Positions 49,732-58,349 of a stretch of DNA of 64,000 nucleotides are shown in pieces. A program made the translations under genes and the position numbers. Origin of the DNA: Alphaproteobacteria bacterium (GTDB lineage: Bacteria > Pseudomonadota > Alphaproteobacteria > SPJN01). The notes under the pieces are model-generated. The model had not been told where the DNA came from and did no database searches. It saw only the letters and a list, made by a program, of their open reading frames with translations. The stretch's first letter is position 1, and each line of letters starts with the position of its first letter. The stretch covers positions 411,471-475,470 of the forward strand of contig CBDDFN010000020.1 in assembly GCA_965227065.1 (NCBI GenBank). The letters run 5' to 3'.

Positions 49732-50639
49732 TCTATGAAGTCTCGCATCGCACGATCTACCATTACGGCTCGCCGGTGGCGCGCTCGCACCATCTGGTGC
49801 ATCTGGCCCCCCGCACAGTGCGCCATCAGACCAATTTGAACCATTTGCTGACGGTTGAGCCCGCGCCGGCAACCCGATCGGACCTGATCGATTATTTCGG
49901 CAATCCCGCCTCAGTCCTGACAATTGATACCGAGCATAAATCGCTTGGCTTTCATGCCCGTTCGGTGATCGAGGTGCGGCCGCGCGAGGCGGTGTTCCTG
50001 GCCGCCACCAGCCCGTGGGAGCATGTGGCTGGCCGCCTGCATCAAAAGAGCAATTCCTATGATCTGGGCGTGCTGCATTATGCGTGCGTGTCGCCGCACA
50101 CACGGCCCAATGCCGACATCAAAGCCTATGCCATGGAAAGTTTCGGGCAGGGCCGTCCGCTGCTTGAGGCGGTCTCTGAACTCAACGCCCGGATCAATGA
50201 GGACTTTGCCTATGACCCGGCGGTGACCGATGTCACCACCTCGGTTGATGAAGTGTTCGAAATCCGTGGCGGGGTCTGTCAGGACTTTGCCCATTTTGCG
50301 CTGACCTGCCTGCGGGCACTTGATCTGCCTGCGCGCTATGTGTCGGGCTATCTGCTCACCCATCCGCCCGAAGGCCAGCAAAAACTTCTGGGCGCGGATG
50401 CAACCCATGCCTGGTTCTCGGTGTGGAGCCCTGAAACAGGCTGGATTGATTTTGATCCGACCAACAATCTGATGCCGTCCGACGAACATATCACCATCGC
50501 CTATGGCCGTGACTTTGGCGATGTCAGCCCGATTGGCGGCGTGCTGCTGGGCGGCGACGATCATTCGGTCGAGGTCGGCGTCGATGTCACCCCTGTGCAA
50601 GAAGGCAACATGCCGGGCTGGGCCACCACCGGCGCCTGA
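49728..50639 (+). CDS. Transglutaminase-like protein with bacterial N-terminal domain
   Basis: H.T.Y.Y, DYFGN, GVCQDFAH, ARYVSGY, THAW, FDPTN, GRDF.DVSP. Confidence 0.93.
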   Translation: MIYEVSHRTIYHYGSPVARSHHLVHLAPRTVRHQTNLNHLLTVEPAPATRSDLIDYFGNPASVLTIDTEHKSLGFHARSVIEVRPREAVFLAATSPWEHVAGRLHQKSNSYDLGVLHYACVSPHTRPNADIKAYAMESFGQGRPLLEAVSELNARINEDFAYDPAVTDVTTSVDEVFEIRGGVCQDFAHFALTCLRALDLPARYVSGYLLTHPPEGQQKLLGADATHAWFSVWSPETGWIDFDPTNNLMPSDEHITIAYGRDFGDVSPIGGVLLGGDDHSVEVGVDVTPVQEGNMPGWATTGA

Positions 50640-51860
50640 TCACTGTTGTGATGTTTCCACGGCCTCACCAATTGCGCGAAACAGGGCAAGGGTTTCCATC
50701 TCCCGCCAGCTGGTCTCATCATCGGTGGTGCCATAGTCGGAATTGGCCGACAGTTTGACGATGGTCAGCCCGCGCGAGGGGTTCACATAGACAAATTGGT
50801 TATAGACCCCGATGGCCGAATATTCACCTTCAAGGCTTTCGGGCACCCACCATTGATAGCCATAGCCGAATGGGAAATCGGGGTTGACGCCCGGTGCCAG
50901 ATGGGGCGCATCGGGGGTGACTGATGCAGTGATCCAGTCGGCGGGAACGATCTGGCGGCCATTGAAATAGCCTCCATTGCGGTAGAGTTCGCCGATCTTG
51001 GCATAGTCGCGCGCGGTGATCGACAAGCCGCCAAACACCATCTCCATACCTTCGCTGTCGACAAGCCAATGGCCGGTTTGTTCTGCGCCCATGGGGTGCC
51101 ACAGCTTTTCGGTCATATACTGCGTCACCGACCGGCCGGTGGCGCGCGTCAGCAACAGGCCCAGAACCTGGGTTTCGGCGGAATTATAGCGATAGTGGGT
51201 GCCGGGTTCGCGGTCCGGCTTCATGGTGGTCAAAAACTCATTGAGCGAACCGCCGACGGCAAAGATCTGACCAAAGCGCATGACATCGGAATTGGGGTCG
51301 CTGTAATCTTCGGTCCAGGCGGCCCCTGATGACATTTGCAGAATGTCTTTGATGGATACGCCATCATAGGCTGAGCCCTTGAGGGAGGGTGCATACACGG
51401 TCACCGGATCATCAATGGACTGGATGCGGCCTTCAGAGACCGCAATACCGACCAGCGTCGCCACAAAACTTTTGGACACCGACATGGACAACCAGGTGAC
51501 GTCGCGGCCGCCGGTCAGCCAATAATTTTCGTAAACTATTTTTCCGTCTTTCAGCACCACAAGCGCGGCCGTGTCGGTCTCTTTGAGGAACTGGTCGGTG
51601 TCGCTGTCGGCATCCTTGTAGCGAAAGTGTGCAGGCAGGGTGACAGGGGCGGCGGTTTCGAAACTGTAAGGCGTGGGCGAGGGGGTCAGCACCGCATTGG
51701 GGAATAGCTCATCCACCCGGTTAAAGCGCTCATATTGTTCCGCGCCGGTAAACAAGGTTGTGACGAAATAAAGCCGTTCGAGCCGGTCTTTGAAAATCAC
51801 GCCTGCGCCCAGCAGCACGACCAGAACGGCCACCAGACCGATCAAAATTTTTCGCAGCAT
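50640..51860 (-). CDS. Membrane-anchored serine hydrolase, beta-lactamase/class C esterase family
   Basis: SVSKS (SxxK), YNS, KLW.P.G, YGYQWW; N-terminal TM anchor. Confidence 0.88.
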   Translation of the reverse strand: MLRKILIGLVAVLVVLLGAGVIFKDRLERLYFVTTLFTGAEQYERFNRVDELFPNAVLTPSPTPYSFETAAPVTLPAHFRYKDADSDTDQFLKETDTAALVVLKDGKIVYENYWLTGGRDVTWLSMSVSKSFVATLVGIAVSEGRIQSIDDPVTVYAPSLKGSAYDGVSIKDILQMSSGAAWTEDYSDPNSDVMRFGQIFAVGGSLNEFLTTMKPDREPGTHYRYNSAETQVLGLLLTRATGRSVTQYMTEKLWHPMGAEQTGHWLVDSEGMEMVFGGLSITARDYAKIGELYRNGGYFNGRQIVPADWITASVTPDAPHLAPGVNPDFPFGYGYQWWVPESLEGEYSAIGVYNQFVYVNPSRGLTIVKLSANSDYGTTDDETSWREMETLALFRAIGEAVETSQQ

Positions 51861-52031
51861 TGCTTCCCCCCTCAGAATGGCGAGCACCATAGAGGAAGGC
51901 TGTATGACGGAAAAGTGGTCAGCGGTCCGGCAACAGCATGAACTTTCCAAAACCTCGGGTTCAATAGATAAGGGCCTATCTGTTTAAAAATCGCGAAAGA
52001 ATACAAAAGTATTCATGATCAATATTGTCCA

Positions 52032-52089
52032 TTGAAAGAATCAAATCATTAAATACTATAGTTAATATTATTCTTTGACGAGCTGGAGG
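52032..52089 (+). promoter_or_regulatory. Putative sigma70 promoter and RBS of the island operon
   Basis: TTGAAA-N16-TACTAT in an AT-rich stretch; GGAGG just upstream of the ATG at 52095. Confidence 0.4.
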
Positions 52090-52094
52090 GGGTC

Positions 52095-52283
52095 ATGAGG
52101 GGGGTAATGTTTGGTGTGGCGATCGCGATTTGTTGTGCGGTCTACAACCCTGTTTTTGTGTACATGCGTGACGTTCCGGGGCTTTTCCTTGGCGCGCCGC
52201 CAATCCTTCTGGGCGGCATCGCCGCCAGTGTTGTGTTGCTGATCGCGTTAGGCATTCTCGTCACTTTTGATAAGAGGCCGTGA
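52095..52283 (+). CDS. Small two-TM protein, SSS-transporter partner-like
   Basis: 62 aa, two hydrophobic helices around P.LFLG.P; TGATG coupling to the symporter. Confidence 0.7.
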   Translation: MRGVMFGVAIAICCAVYNPVFVYMRDVPGLFLGAPPILLGGIAASVVLLIALGILVTFDKRP

Positions 52284-53743
52284 TGTCATTGTTCGGATGG
52301 GTGATGATTTTTGCGGTGCTCTATGTGTTTTTTTTAGCGTGGAGCGCACGCAAGGCGCGGCAGATCAATGCCGGAGAAGCGCATGAAGATGCCTTCGCGG
52401 CCAGCGGAATTGGGCCGGTTCTGCTGTTCTTATCGTTCTCGGCAACATTGTTCAGCACATTTACCCTCATGGGGATTCCCAATTATTTTCGCGTTCACGG
52501 TGTAGCGACCTGGCTATTCATCGGTGTGACTGATGTGGCGCTTGGATTTGTCGTTTATCTTTTTGGTTGCCGATACAAAGAGGCGCTGCAAGCGCATGGG
52601 ATCCAGTCGATGACAAGCTTGTTGCGGCTGCGTTTTGGGACGTCAGTGTCTCGTTTCGTCTACATTGCCGGGATTTACATTTTCCTGGCTCCGTATCTGG
52701 CAATCCAGATCAAAGGGGTTTCCGATCTGTTTGTGCAGATCACGAATCCAGATGTGCCGCCGGTGTTCTGGTCAGTTCTGATGCTCGCAGCGATTGGTGT
52801 TTACAGTTGGGTCGGTGGATTCCGGGCTATCGTTTTCAGTGATGTGGTTCAGGGACTGATATTGTTGGTCGTGGTTTGGCTCATCGCGGCTGCTGTAACG
52901 GATCAATTTTCTGATGTTCCTTCAATATTTGAAACGATCAGGACTGAACGTCCAGAACTGCTGACGGCACCGGGACCCGTCGGGCTCATGAGCTACCAGT
53001 TTGTGCTGGCTTCGTTTCTTGCGATTCTATGGATGCCACTAACGCAACCACAATTGACAACACGCATCGCGGCGTCGCGAAATGCTCGTTCAGTGCCTCT
53101 GATGGCCTTGGGCGTCTCGTTCTTCGCGCTGGTCATGCTTGTGCCGACGATCCTTATCGGACTTTATGGTGCCGCTACACTTGACCCGGCTTATTCAAGT
53201 TCAGGATTTTTGGCGCGCGTCTTGATCGATGACAGACTTCCTATCATCGGTGCCCTGTCTATTGTGGGATTGGTTGCTGCGGCTATGTCGACTGCGGACA
53301 GTCAGCTTTTCGCATTGGGAACTGAGACACAGGTGGCCGCTGCAGAAAGCGAACAGGAAATTACACTCACTCAAAATCGGATTGTCACAGCAGTCTTCGC
53401 AATCGTGTGTTTGCTACTGTCTTTGCTTGCGAACGCTGAGTTGGTGAGTTTGGCTCGCGTTAGTTTTGCGGGCACCGCCATTATGGGGCCAATGATCGCG
53501 CTGGCAGTGTGGGGGCGGCGGAAATACTCAATCGTCAATCCTGTCGTCACAGGCATTGCCCTGCTCGTGTTCATGGCTTCAGCTACCAACCTGATACCGA
53601 ACACCGTGCTGGGCATCCGCCTCGACTTAATCCTATTTGCTGTCACTGCAACATGTTGCTTCGCTGAGTATCGCCTCACACGTGTGACGGCAGCGAAGCT
53701 CAAAAGCGTTCACGCGGTCGAAGAGGTTCGGACTGATGTTTGA
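52283..53743 (+). CDS. Sodium:solute symporter (SSS) family protein
   Basis: ATLFSTFT.MG.P, Y.AIQ..G, GGFRAIVFSDVVQG, AAAMSTADSQL; many TM segments. Confidence 0.9.
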   Translation: MSLFGWVMIFAVLYVFFLAWSARKARQINAGEAHEDAFAASGIGPVLLFLSFSATLFSTFTLMGIPNYFRVHGVATWLFIGVTDVALGFVVYLFGCRYKEALQAHGIQSMTSLLRLRFGTSVSRFVYIAGIYIFLAPYLAIQIKGVSDLFVQITNPDVPPVFWSVLMLAAIGVYSWVGGFRAIVFSDVVQGLILLVVVWLIAAAVTDQFSDVPSIFETIRTERPELLTAPGPVGLMSYQFVLASFLAILWMPLTQPQLTTRIAASRNARSVPLMALGVSFFALVMLVPTILIGLYGAATLDPAYSSSGFLARVLIDDRLPIIGALSIVGLVAAAMSTADSQLFALGTETQVAAAESEQEITLTQNRIVTAVFAIVCLLLSLLANAELVSLARVSFAGTAIMGPMIALAVWGRRKYSIVNPVVTGIALLVFMASATNLIPNTVLGIRLDLILFAVTATCCFAEYRLTRVTAAKLKSVHAVEEVRTDV

Positions 53744-55319
53744 TCCGTCACTGACCGAATATCTGAAGGCTGTGTCGAACAGTTATTCGAGGCGAGGACC
53801 ACTGACCCGAGCATTCATGATAATTTCCATGGCGTGCGCTGGATATGTGGCCCTTGTCGTTGCCATCAGTTCCGCCGTTTCCGAAAAGAGTTCTGCGGTT
53901 GGTGCGGCGCAAGTCTGGCAAGTTCTTCATCTTTCTCAGACACCAGCGGTGATGGCGTTTTCCGTGGCGTTTCTTGTCTCAACCGTCGGATTGATCTTGG
54001 CTTTTATGCCCCCTGAAATTGAATCGAGAAGCGCTGGTGAGGGCTATTTTCGGGGAGGGCGAGAGACGCTGACCGGTGGCGACAGAGGTAATGATGATGC
54101 CAGTATGGCGCCAAAGCCGCTGCCGGTTCGGTTTCCCGATACATTCCAGGTTTTTGTTCTGTTGCCCCTGTCGGGCGAGGCAAAAGGAGATGGTCTGTTG
54201 CAGGCCGCTGGAATCTTGGCGGGAGCCAAACTTTCGACCAAAGTGAATGTTGAATTTGCAGACCATGCCAACAACGCAAACACCGCTGCTCGCCTTGTCG
54301 AGGACTATTTGGTTCGCAGCCTGGTTCATCCGCGAGGCCCCGTCTGGGTGATTTGCACCATGAGCGGTGTTGCATCACGTGTTCGAGATGTGGTTCGAGA
54401 TCACATCGATGCCAATCCCGAAGTCGACAAATATCTGACAGTGTTCTTTACGGTTGCCGCCGACCCGTCAGCTCCGCACGAACCAGAATTGGGCGTGATC
54501 CGCTATTCCATCGACTGTCGCGACGAGGTGTTCGGAATCATGAATACGATTGAGAACAAGCTGGCAGATGACCCCACCATCCCGATCATGGTCGTTCAAT
54601 GTGAAAACGACTATTCACAAGCGACCGTCCGGCTATTGACGTCTTCGCTTGCGTTGGCACAGCATAATTTTATCCAGCTTCACCACGTCAGAGATGAGCA
54701 AGGTGGATCAGAAATCATAAACCGCCATGATCCGAATTTTCGAGTCCCGGATCGTCCTGCGATTGCGGTTGTCGCGGGGTATGATCTCGAGCTGTTTGAA
54801 ATTTTCGCAAAGCTGACACAAGAAGGTTTCAAAGGGTGGGTTGTGACGCCGGCGACATTGTCGGTGCCCGACTGGCAAAGCTATCTGCTCAATCAGGAAA
54901 ATCTAAATCCCCCCGGCGTTCAATATCAATGCCTCGCATTCGCCGAACCCGACCCCGCAGTGAGCCGTACTTTTCATAACAATCTCAACCACTATGATTT
55001 TCTGACTGTCACCAGTTCCCAACTTGTGTTTCGGGATGATTTTGGCTCTCCAGCTCGAAGTCGGTTCAATGCGCTTGAGCAGGAAGTCTACAGATCAATT
55101 GAGCCAAATTATATTTCGGCGCTGTGTTTTGATTGCATGCGTGTCATTCAGGCCTGTTTTCGGATGCAACTGATGCGTTTCCGCTCACTGGAAGAAATTG
55201 CGGATGAAATTGTGAACGACCCCGGCCCATTCGGAGGATGGGACTATGTTGCAGGCAACGGCTACAGCTTCTTCAAGCCTAATGCGCCCCTCAACACCCA
55301 GCGCGTGAGCCGCTTGTGA
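53736..55319 (+). CDS. Two-TM protein fused to a type-1 periplasmic-binding-protein-like (LivJ-like) domain
   Basis: Two N-terminal hydrophobic helices; VLLPLSGEAKGDG, VEFADH...A, TMSGV, VIRYS.D, ENDYS, VVAGY, GFKG, Y.SALCFD follow the LivJ-family motif order. Confidence 0.65.
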   Translation: MFDPSLTEYLKAVSNSYSRRGPLTRAFMIISMACAGYVALVVAISSAVSEKSSAVGAAQVWQVLHLSQTPAVMAFSVAFLVSTVGLILAFMPPEIESRSAGEGYFRGGRETLTGGDRGNDDASMAPKPLPVRFPDTFQVFVLLPLSGEAKGDGLLQAAGILAGAKLSTKVNVEFADHANNANTAARLVEDYLVRSLVHPRGPVWVICTMSGVASRVRDVVRDHIDANPEVDKYLTVFFTVAADPSAPHEPELGVIRYSIDCRDEVFGIMNTIENKLADDPTIPIMVVQCENDYSQATVRLLTSSLALAQHNFIQLHHVRDEQGGSEIINRHDPNFRVPDRPAIAVVAGYDLELFEIFAKLTQEGFKGWVVTPATLSVPDWQSYLLNQENLNPPGVQYQCLAFAEPDPAVSRTFHNNLNHYDFLTVTSSQLVFRDDFGSPARSRFNALEQEVYRSIEPNYISALCFDCMRVIQACFRMQLMRFRSLEEIADEIVNDPGPFGGWDYVAGNGYSFFKPNAPLNTQRVSRL

Positions 55320-55798
55320 GCACTCAAGGGTCATTGCAGCGGGCTCCGGTGTTGTTTTTGGGCGCCGCCTCTTCCAACGTACCCGAGCCATCACGGGGTG
55401 AATATCAAAGCTATGTAAAAGAGTTGGTCAGAATTTTGGCGGACTTTGAAGTGTTGGGTGGGGTAACAACGCCGGCGCCGATTGATCGCAGCAAAGATCT
55501 CAGATCTGACGACAAACGATTATATCAGTGGTATCGCGACCAGATATTGTCAGCGGACTTGTTTTTGGCGGAGATGACACACCCTTCGTTCGGTCTTGGA
55601 ATTGAGCTTGAAATTGCCGCCGAAGGGAACGTACCCATCATTGTGACAAGCGTTTCACATTCTGCAAACGCTCGCATTTCCAGAATGGTGCTGGGTTTGC
55701 CCGGAATTGCGCACATCATTTCTTATTCAAGCTATCAAAAAGCATTGGCGGGTGTGCCGCGCGATTTGGCCGAGCGGCTTGCCACGCTAAGCTCATAA
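55316..55798 (+). CDS. Nucleoside 2'-deoxyribosyltransferase / DNPH1(Rcl)-like N-glycosidase
   Basis: ADLFLAEMTHPSFGLGIEL and ISRMVLG resemble DNPH1 ADVVVAEVTQPSLGVGYEL and LSAMIRG; GTGA overlap with the upstream gene. Confidence 0.8.
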   Translation: MSTQGSLQRAPVLFLGAASSNVPEPSRGEYQSYVKELVRILADFEVLGGVTTPAPIDRSKDLRSDDKRLYQWYRDQILSADLFLAEMTHPSFGLGIELEIAAEGNVPIIVTSVSHSANARISRMVLGLPGIAHIISYSSYQKALAGVPRDLAERLATLSS

Positions 55799-55853
55799 AT
55801 TGTGAGCGCAGCGTTTGTCTCGTCGTCCGCCAAGTTTGTATTTTTCGGGAGGA

Positions 55854-55928
55854 TGGCTCCCCGGGCCGGATTCGAACCAGCGACCGAGCGGTTAACAGCC
55901 GCTTGCTCTACCACTGAGCTACCGAGGA
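55854..55928 (-). tRNA. tRNA-Asn(GTT)
   Basis: Reverse complement TCCTCGGTAGCTCAG...GCGGCTGTTAACCGC...GTTCGAATCC...GGAGCCA. Confidence 0.97.
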
Positions 55929-56081
55929 TCACCGTCTTCAGGCAGGGCCAAGCCCCGCAACTGAGGTTGCGTGTATAGCAAAAGCGGTCTTGAAAAAACA
56001 AGCGGTTCTTTCGGGTTTTTTCCGGCGACAAAACTGCGCAGGGCGATGGCGCAAAGGCACAAAGCTGCTTACCTTCCCCTC

Positions 56082-56339
56082 ATGGCACCCAAGATCACAT
56101 TTGCTGGACGAAAGTTTCATTTGCCCGGCCGGCGCATCTACCGGCTGGGGCTCGGCATTGTGCTGATCATTGGCGGCATTTTGGGATTTTTGCCCGTGCT
56201 GGGTTTCTGGATGATCCCGCTGGGGGTGCTGGTTCTGTCCTATGACTTCCACACCATCCGGCGCGGCCGCCGCCGCTTTGCCGTCTGGTGGGGCAAGAAA
56301 TTCCGCAAGTCCCAGGGTCAGGCCCAAGACGAGGTTTAG
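56082..56339 (+). CDS. Small conserved alphaproteobacterial membrane protein
   Basis: GIVLIIGGILGFLPVLGFWMIPLG; start uncertain. Confidence 0.7.
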   Translation: MAPKITFAGRKFHLPGRRIYRLGLGIVLIIGGILGFLPVLGFWMIPLGVLVLSYDFHTIRRGRRRFAVWWGKKFRKSQGQAQDEV

Positions 56340-57355
56340 GGAACAAGCACAAGCTTGCCCGCAATTTCTCCCACACCGAGCCGTTCGTGGGCGCGGGCTG
56401 CGTCTTGCAATGGGACGCGGTCGGCCACTTGGGGGTTGAGTTTGTCCAGTGCCAGCAGCTCAAACAGGTTTTCCAGATCAGCCCGGTACCAATCGGGCCG
56501 GGCATGGCTGAGCCGCCAGACATCATAGCCCGCAAAACTCTGGTTCTTTTCCATCAGCTTGAGACCCGACGGCTTGGGCTGCTTCAACATGCCTTTGATG
56601 GCAGAGGGCATGTGCCGCCGCCCATTCTTGAAGGCCGCAGAAAAACCGTAGGCGACAAGCCGGCCGCCATCGCGCAGGGCCGCGAAAGACCGGTTCCAGT
56701 GATCCCCGCCAATGGCGTCAAAGACGGCATCGGCGCCGCCGGCATCCTGCATTGCGGCGACAAAATCAGTGGAACGATAATCAATCGCGGTGGCGTCGCG
56801 CGCCTCGACCAGCGCGCGTTTGGCGGGTGAAACAGTGGCCCAGGCTTCAAGGTCGAGCAATCGGGCGCATTCGAGCAGTGCGGTCCCAACCCCGCCACCG
56901 CCGCCATGCACCAGAATGCGCTCGCCTGCGGCGACACGCGCGGTGCGGGTGAGCATTTGCCAGGCGGTCAGATAGTTCAAAATGAGCGAGACGGCCTGTG
57001 CGGCATCCACTTTTGCGGGGCAGCGCGCCACGCGGGCGGCGGGCAGGGCAATGTGGCTGGCGTAGGAGCCGGTGCGGGTCAGCGCGCCGACCCGGTCGCC
57101 GATTTTGAGGTCTGAAACCGAATCACCCAGTGCCACAATATGGCCGACACAGTCATATCCCGGCACAAAGGGGAAGGGCGGGGCTTCGGGATAAAGGCCC
57201 TCCCGCATGACAATATCGGCAAAGGCGACCCCGGCGGCCTCGATCTCCACCACCACATCTTGGGGCCCCGGATGGGGCATGGCAGCCTGATGGGGGCTCA
57301 AAACGCCCGGTCCGCCGCGCTTTTCATAGCGAATTGTGGTGATGGTTTCGGTCAT
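56336..57355 (-). CDS. Medium-chain dehydrogenase/reductase, quinone oxidoreductase/VAT-1-like
   Basis: GGPGVL, AAGVAFAD...R.G.Y, PGYD..G, VHGGGGGVG, GKLVL. Confidence 0.88.
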   Translation of the reverse strand: MTETITTIRYEKRGGPGVLSPHQAAMPHPGPQDVVVEIEAAGVAFADIVMREGLYPEAPPFPFVPGYDCVGHIVALGDSVSDLKIGDRVGALTRTGSYASHIALPAARVARCPAKVDAAQAVSLILNYLTAWQMLTRTARVAAGERILVHGGGGGVGTALLECARLLDLEAWATVSPAKRALVEARDATAIDYRSTDFVAAMQDAGGADAVFDAIGGDHWNRSFAALRDGGRLVAYGFSAAFKNGRRHMPSAIKGMLKQPKPSGLKLMEKNQSFAGYDVWRLSHARPDWYRADLENLFELLALDKLNPQVADRVPLQDAARAHERLGVGEIAGKLVLVP

Positions 57356-57435
57356 GCTCTGTCCCCCGATTATCCCGTAAATCTGGCGGTTTTTGCACAT
57401 TTTACAAGCGCGGGGCGCTCAAAATGCCGAGAAAT

Positions 57436-57509
57436 TGGAGGCCACGCCCGGAATCGAACCGGGGTATACGGATTTGCAATCCGCTGCGTCACCACTCCGC
57501 CACGTGGCC
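57436..57509 (-). tRNA. tRNA-Cys(GCA)
   Basis: Reverse complement GGCCACGTGGCGGAG...CGGATTGCAAATCCG...GTTCGATTCC...GGCCTCCA. Confidence 0.96.
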
Positions 57510-57670
57510 AGTCCACTTCTCATCGGAAGGACGCGCTATTTAACAGAGAGGTGACACTTGTGCAACGCGGCGGAATGGCCTTTGCGAAAAATTGTGAACA
57601 GCGGTATAAACCGCTGGAAATGTGGGCTTCTCTTGGAGGAGTCCGTCAGCCCCAAGGGTGCGGAGCGGCA

Positions 57671-58324
57671 ATGTCGGACTTTTTACAACAACGTAATTCA
57701 ATGGTTGATGGCCAGATCAGGCCCAACGGTGTGACCGATCCGCGGATCACGGACCGCATGCGCGCTGTTCCGCGTGAATTTTTTGTGCCCAAGCAAAAGC
57801 AGGCCATCGCCTATATGGACGAGGTGATCGAGATCGCGCCGGGCCGCTTTGCGATGGAGCCGATGTTTCTGGCCAAGCTTATCCAGGCGCTTGATGTTGA
57901 GCCGACCGACAGCGTGCTGATCATTGGCGCAGGGCTCGGATACAGCGCCGCGGTTCTGGGCGGGCTGTGCGATACGGTCATCGGCCTTGAAGAGGATGAG
58001 GCGCTCGCCCAGGCGGCCAGCGATGGGTTGCCCGAACGCGGTGTGGACAATGCCGCCATCGTAACCGGGCCTTTGGTGGACGGCTTTGCCAGCCAGGCGC
58101 CCTATGATGTCATTATGATCGATGGCGCTTATGAAACAGTTCCCGATAGTTTGCTTGAGCAATTGGCCGAGGATGGCCGGCTGGGCGGTATTCGGGTGGA
58201 TGGCCGGTCTGGCCAGGCTGAGATCTACGTCAAGTCTGACGGGGTTGTGTCGAAACGTGTGGCGTTTGATGCCGTCGTCCCGGTTCTGCCGGGATTTGAT
58301 GCGCCGCGCAGTTTTGTTCTTTGA
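57671..58324 (+). CDS. pcm: Protein-L-isoaspartate O-methyltransferase family
   Basis: R..MVDGQIRPNGV.D, VPRE.FVP, IGAG.GY..A, APYDVI; upstream of tolC. Confidence 0.9.
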   Translation: MSDFLQQRNSMVDGQIRPNGVTDPRITDRMRAVPREFFVPKQKQAIAYMDEVIEIAPGRFAMEPMFLAKLIQALDVEPTDSVLIIGAGLGYSAAVLGGLCDTVIGLEEDEALAQAASDGLPERGVDNAAIVTGPLVDGFASQAPYDVIMIDGAYETVPDSLLEQLAEDGRLGGIRVDGRSGQAEIYVKSDGVVSKRVAFDAVVPVLPGFDAPRSFVL

Positions 58325-58349
58325 GGAATTCGGAAGAGGGGGTGCCATT

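Noticed and set aside
50637-50642. Abutting stop codons of the transglutaminase and the serine hydrolase, suggesting the hydrolase might replace Anbu
   Set aside because: The genes are convergent and the hydrolase is predicted to be exported; no evidence of functional linkage
51860-52095. Search for a second copy of the tRNA-Asn 3' end (att site) at the left border of the islet
   Set aside because: No match to TGGCTCCCCGGGCC found by eye, so no mobile-element feature was called
57140-58349. Long N-terminal extensions of pcm and tolC in the ORF track
   Set aside because: They run through tRNA-Cys or the upstream gene; starts with RBS lie at 57671 and 58350
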